DNA of 64,000 bases from an uncultured Bacteroidales bacterium (lineage in GTDB: Bacteria; Bacteroidota; Bacteroidia; Bacteroidales; UBA932). Made by a program: the position numbers and the translations under genes. Below the pieces are notes generated by a model. The model had not been told where the DNA came from and did not search any database. It saw nothing but the letters and a program-made list of their open reading frames with translations. Every line of letters starts with the position of its first letter. The stretch's first letter is position 1. The stretch is from NCBI GenBank assembly GCA_944326315.1, contig CALVDP010000003.1, forward strand, positions 3,842 to 67,841, written 5' to 3'. Below are positions 59,835 to 64,000 of this stretch, one piece after another.

Positions 59835-61681
59835 TTACCAAAATGACGAAATACTCCTTCATCCTTCTGAGTGATGAAGCCGGGAAATTCCTGGAAAAAC
59901 TGCAGGAAATGGGCGTCGTGGACATCACCAGATCGGGCAAGCCTGTGGACGTAAGGTCTTCCGCAATGCTTGAAAAGGCGATGGAGACCAAGAAGGCTGC
60001 GGCACTGCTTGGCAGGACAGACTACGGGAAAGACCCTGACTGCGAGGCCATACTGAAGGCAAGCGAGGAAGCCTGGACACCGCAAGACATAATAAGGGAG
60101 ACCTACGGCACAATCGCGGAAATTGAAAGACTGAAGGCCGGCATTGATGCCGTGACGAAAGAAATGGAGGCTCGCATGCCGTGGGGTGATTTCGACAGGC
60201 ATGAGATAGACCGGCTCGAAAAGGAAGGATGCACTCTGAGATGGTACACGATGCCGAAAAAGAGATTCGACGAATCCTGGCTGGAACAATACCCTCTGCA
60301 GATTATATCTGAAAACAATTCCAGCATATGGTTCGTCACCGCATCTGTAAACGGGGATGAGTATGACTTTCCTGCAGAAGAGACTGCGGCGCCGGCCGGA
60401 AACTGGAAAGAATCGCAGGCAGAGAAGGAAAAGTTGAAGACAGCCCTCATCAGCATGAAAGGCCGCATGCTCATCCTCAAGAAGCATGTCCCCGAGCTGC
60501 AGGAGGCTTACCGGGAGCAGCTGTCCGAGCTTGACCTGTACCTGGCTGATGCATCCAAGGAAATGGCTGCGGAAAACATGCTCACCGTATTCACAGGCTT
60601 CGCTCCGGCAGACATGGAAGAAAAACTGTGCGCCGAATTCGACAAGATGGACGTAGCTTACATCAAGTCCGAAGCCGCTGAGGAGGACAATCCTCCTATC
60701 AAGCTGAAAAACAACTGGTTCGTGCGTCAGTTCGAGGTCCTTACCGGTATGTACGGCATGCCGGTATACAGCGAGTTCGACCCTACGCCGATTCTCGGGC
60801 CGTTCTTCCTGCTGTTCTTCGCCATGTGCATGGGAGACGCAGGCTACGGCATACTGCTGATAATTATCGGACAGCTCCTGAAAAAGACGAAAGGCAGCAT
60901 GGCCAGTCTGAGTTCCATTGTGACCACTCTCGGCATAGGCAGCATATTCGTCGGCATCATACTCGGGACATTCTTCGGCATAAACCTCGTGGAAGCGTCC
61001 TGGGTGCCTGCATGGCTGAAGAAATGCATGATTACGGGAGAAATAGCGGGCTATTCGGCGCAAATGGTGCTTGCGATCGGCATTGGTATATTCCATATAT
61101 GCCTGGCCATGACCATCAAGGCCATCTGCTACACGAAACGGTTCGGCTTCAAGGAGAATATCAGCAACTGGGCCTGGCTCATACTCATAGTAGGAGTATT
61201 GGCGACAGCCGGGATGGCACTTCTCGGAGTGATGTCGGAGCCAGTGGTCAAATGGACGGTAATTGTGCTCGGAATCATCTCCGGACTGGGTATATTCATA
61301 TTCAACGTGCCCGGAAGGAATCCTCTGATCAACATAGGGGCCGGACTGTGGGACACGTACAACATGGCCACGGGACTGCTCGGAGACACGCTCAGCTATA
61401 TAAGGCTGTACGCGCTCGGACTGTCTGGAGGCATGCTTGGAAACGCATTCAACAATCTTGCGGCCATGTTCCAGGACGGGATCCATATTCCTGGGCTCAA
61501 CTGGCTGGGCTTCATAGTAATACTTCTGCTCGGACATTGCCTCAACCTTGCCATGTCATGCCTCGGGGCTTTCGTGCACCCGCTGCGTCTCACCTTCGTG
61601 GAATATTTCAAGAACTCAGGCTACGAAGGCAAGGGTGCGGCATACAAGCCGCTTGCAAAGGAAGAACAGACCATCCGATAA
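59831..61681 (+). CDS. V-type ATP synthase subunit I (a)
   Basis: DPTP..FFAMCMGDAGYG, LSYIRLYALGL, HPLRLTFVEYF. Confidence 0.93.
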   Translation: MITKMTKYSFILLSDEAGKFLEKLQEMGVVDITRSGKPVDVRSSAMLEKAMETKKAAALLGRTDYGKDPDCEAILKASEEAWTPQDIIRETYGTIAEIERLKAGIDAVTKEMEARMPWGDFDRHEIDRLEKEGCTLRWYTMPKKRFDESWLEQYPLQIISENNSSIWFVTASVNGDEYDFPAEETAAPAGNWKESQAEKEKLKTALISMKGRMLILKKHVPELQEAYREQLSELDLYLADASKEMAAENMLTVFTGFAPADMEEKLCAEFDKMDVAYIKSEAAEEDNPPIKLKNNWFVRQFEVLTGMYGMPVYSEFDPTPILGPFFLLFFAMCMGDAGYGILLIIIGQLLKKTKGSMASLSSIVTTLGIGSIFVGIILGTFFGINLVEASWVPAWLKKCMITGEIAGYSAQMVLAIGIGIFHICLAMTIKAICYTKRFGFKENISNWAWLILIVGVLATAGMALLGVMSEPVVKWTVIVLGIISGLGIFIFNVPGRNPLINIGAGLWDTYNMATGLLGDTLSYIRLYALGLSGGMLGNAFNNLAAMFQDGIHIPGLNWLGFIVILLLGHCLNLAMSCLGAFVHPLRLTFVEYFKNSGYEGKGAAYKPLAKEEQTIR

Positions 61682-61714
61682 TCACAATTATGGAATAAAT
61701 AGTATTAACAATAA

Positions 61715-62149
<435 letters not shown>

Positions 62150-62185
62150 TGCTCCGGGCAGCGAATTACAATAAACAGTTTACAG

Positions 62186-62234
62186 CGTTGAGGGTGACCC
62201 GATAATTGCATTTTGGCACCCTCAAACGTTTTTT
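62186..62234 (+). terminator. REP-like palindrome acting as V-ATPase operon terminator
   Basis: cgttgagggtg / caccctcaaacg followed by a T-run. Confidence 0.7.
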
Positions 62235-62278
62235 AATGTCAAATTAAGGGATATCGTATCTTGAAACCATATCAGAAA

Positions 62279-64000
62279 ATGCTGGTAAATTACGGCATGA
62301 CGGCAGCCTGCATGGCTTGTGTGTTCATCGGCTGTCTCAAGTCTGCCCCGGAAGAAAGCCTCCAGGCTGAAGACGGACGTTTCTACCTGTACGCCGTGCC
62401 TCCCGGCGCCGCGTCCAGGACCGAGACAGACCCTTCGAACCTTACTGTGGAATGGTCGGCAGACGACAGGCTGTCTGTCCTTGCAAGGGCAGAAGGTGAT
62501 GACAGCTGGACACCTTACGAATTCGTCAGGGAAGACAAGATGGACAGGTTCTATTGTGAGGCCTTCACACCGGAGCCTGACACAGGATACGAACTCTGCA
62601 TACAGTATCCCTACGACAGGGACTTATCCTCGGCAGATGACAACCATACAGGTAACAGCGGGCTCCACATCGGGGAGCTTGTGACCGGCTTCCAGATCGG
62701 AGAAAAGTCCGCCTTCCATACAGACATGCCAATGTACGCGCATGTGGACGTGAATTCCTCCGAGAAGGCCGAGATACTGATGCATCATGCCGCAGCCATG
62801 TTTGAAATAGCCTTGACCAACTGTACGGAGAAAGAAATATCTGTCACAGGTCTTGACCTGTCAACGGACACAGGGCAGATGATATCAGGCTGTTTCAGCA
62901 TAAGTTTCAGCTCAGGCGAGCTTGTTCCCCTGACAGACAACAAGACATCCGTGTCCGCAACGGTGGAAGATTGCAGGCTGCCTGCCGGGGAGACATGCTT
63001 CTTCTACATAAGCTGCGCTCCTTTCTCGCTTGCACACGATGACAGCTTTACTCTGAAAGTATCCACCGGCGACAGCGGAATCCTGGAATTCCCGTGCACA
63101 ATACCGGAGGAAGGCTGTGAAATTAGGGCCGGCTCGATGAACAGAATCTCACGGAACATAGGTGAAATATATTACAGGGAAGTCACTTCGGAGCCGTCGG
63201 ACTGGACCGGAGACTATCTTATCACCTATACGGCGTCCGATGCAGTCAATGTCCTGGACGGCTACAGCCAGACATACGGGACAAGCAGCACGGACCTGTC
63301 CGGCAAAATGACAGACAACGGCATAAGAGCTGACGATGCAGACAGTTTCAAGGCTGAAATAAGAAAATTCGGTGACGGCTACTCCATCCTTGTCACAGGG
63401 ATAGGCTATATCGGCTACGCCGGCTCCGGCAATTCCCTTTCCAGGAACCAGTCAGGAAGCCCGGATTCGTCTACCGACATCTGGCACCTCTCCCACGACT
63501 CGGGAATCTCCCCTGCCAACGCCCCGGAAAGATCGCTGAAATGGAACACTTCTTCGCCACGGTTCGCCTGCTATCTGGAAAAAGCTACAAATTGCAAGCA
63601 TGTAACGCTATACAGACGCAGTTCAGATGCCTCCGCGCCATCACCGGATCCCGGTCCTGATGACCCTGATCCGACACCGGGCAGCGGGGCAAATACCAAC
63701 GGATGGCTCAGGAACCTCGAAATACCGGCTGCCGAAACGAGCCTTGGAGAGGATGAACCATACAGCACGAGCGTGAACGAATCCTATTCAGGAGCCATCG
63801 CCTACGTCTGCAACACTGACAATCCGGACCAGCTTATCGTCACACATACTTTCACGGAAAGCGGCAAAAGATACAGGAACTACACGCTCCTGTTCGACAA
63901 GAACAAAAAAGCCGCCCTGTGGGTTGCCTTCGGAATGCACAAGAACGTGTGGGAGGGCGATTCTGGCAGGAATGACTCATGGAAAGACGACCCGGCAATA
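62279..64000 (+). CDS. Lipoprotein with fimbrillin-like N-terminus and start of a DNA/RNA non-specific endonuclease domain (3' truncated)
   Basis: Open frame to window end (574 codons; absent from the ORF track); lipobox FIGC; ASRT..W.ADDRLSV; Pro-rich linker PSPDPGPDDPDPTPG; RNYTLLFDKNKKAALWVA..GRNDSWKDDP. Confidence 0.7.
   Translation, partial: MLVNYGMTAACMACVFIGCLKSAPEESLQAEDGRFYLYAVPPGAASRTETDPSNLTVEWSADDRLSVLARAEGDDSWTPYEFVREDKMDRFYCEAFTPEPDTGYELCIQYPYDRDLSSADDNHTGNSGLHIGELVTGFQIGEKSAFHTDMPMYAHVDVNSSEKAEILMHHAAAMFEIALTNCTEKEISVTGLDLSTDTGQMISGCFSISFSSGELVPLTDNKTSVSATVEDCRLPAGETCFFYISCAPFSLAHDDSFTLKVSTGDSGILEFPCTIPEEGCEIRAGSMNRISRNIGEIYYREVTSEPSDWTGDYLITYTASDAVNVLDGYSQTYGTSSTDLSGKMTDNGIRADDADSFKAEIRKFGDGYSILVTGIGYIGYAGSGNSLSRNQSGSPDSSTDIWHLSHDSGISPANAPERSLKWNTSSPRFACYLEKATNCKHVTLYRRSSDASAPSPDPGPDDPDPTPGSGANTNGWLRNLEIPAAETSLGEDEPYSTSVNESYSGAIAYVCNTDNPDQLIVTHTFTESGKRYRNYTLLFDKNKKAALWVAFGMHKNVWEGDSGRNDSWKDDPAI

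Noticed and set aside
59630-61537. 635-aa antisense ORF over V-ATPase subunits D and I
   Set aside because: Fully overlaps well-supported genes and has no recognisable motifs; expected from codon bias on the coding strand.

Overview
Mostly core-genome DNA from a Bacteroidales bacterium. Evidence: a short 286-aa primary sigma factor, many TAnnTTTG (-7) promoters, and AT-rich translation starts without Shine-Dalgarno sites. Housekeeping genes: tex, ClC channel, ygiQ, argS, rpoD, degP, dnaN, a DEDDh exonuclease, mnmA, cdd, secA, tadA-like deaminase, ffh, lysA, pdxB, recF, yebC, metH and metF. Also present: a TolC/HlyD/ABC export operon, an acyl-CoA (de)carboxylase cluster, a Na+-type V-ATPase operon, tRNA-Thr(CGT), tRNA-Gln(TTG), SRP RNA, and a truncated fimbrillin-like/nuclease lipoprotein at the right edge. 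No transposase, integrase, prophage or CRISPR array was seen. The main unexplained structure is non-coding: a miniature inverted-repeat element (MITE-like) in three copies. Two are complete, with imperfect terminal inverted repeats and perfect 8-bp TA-N4-TA target duplications; one is truncated, in the likely dnaN leader. The copies share their ends but differ in a central hairpin cassette whose modules also occur alone nearby, and several stems close C-GAA-G triloops on one strand. Other leads: a helically phased ATATCG array upstream of secA, a decarboxylase operon with no membrane subunits, a deoxyhypusine-synthase-like gene facing lysA, and a ~118-aa insertion in MnmA. All calls come from reading the sequence; no database search was run.
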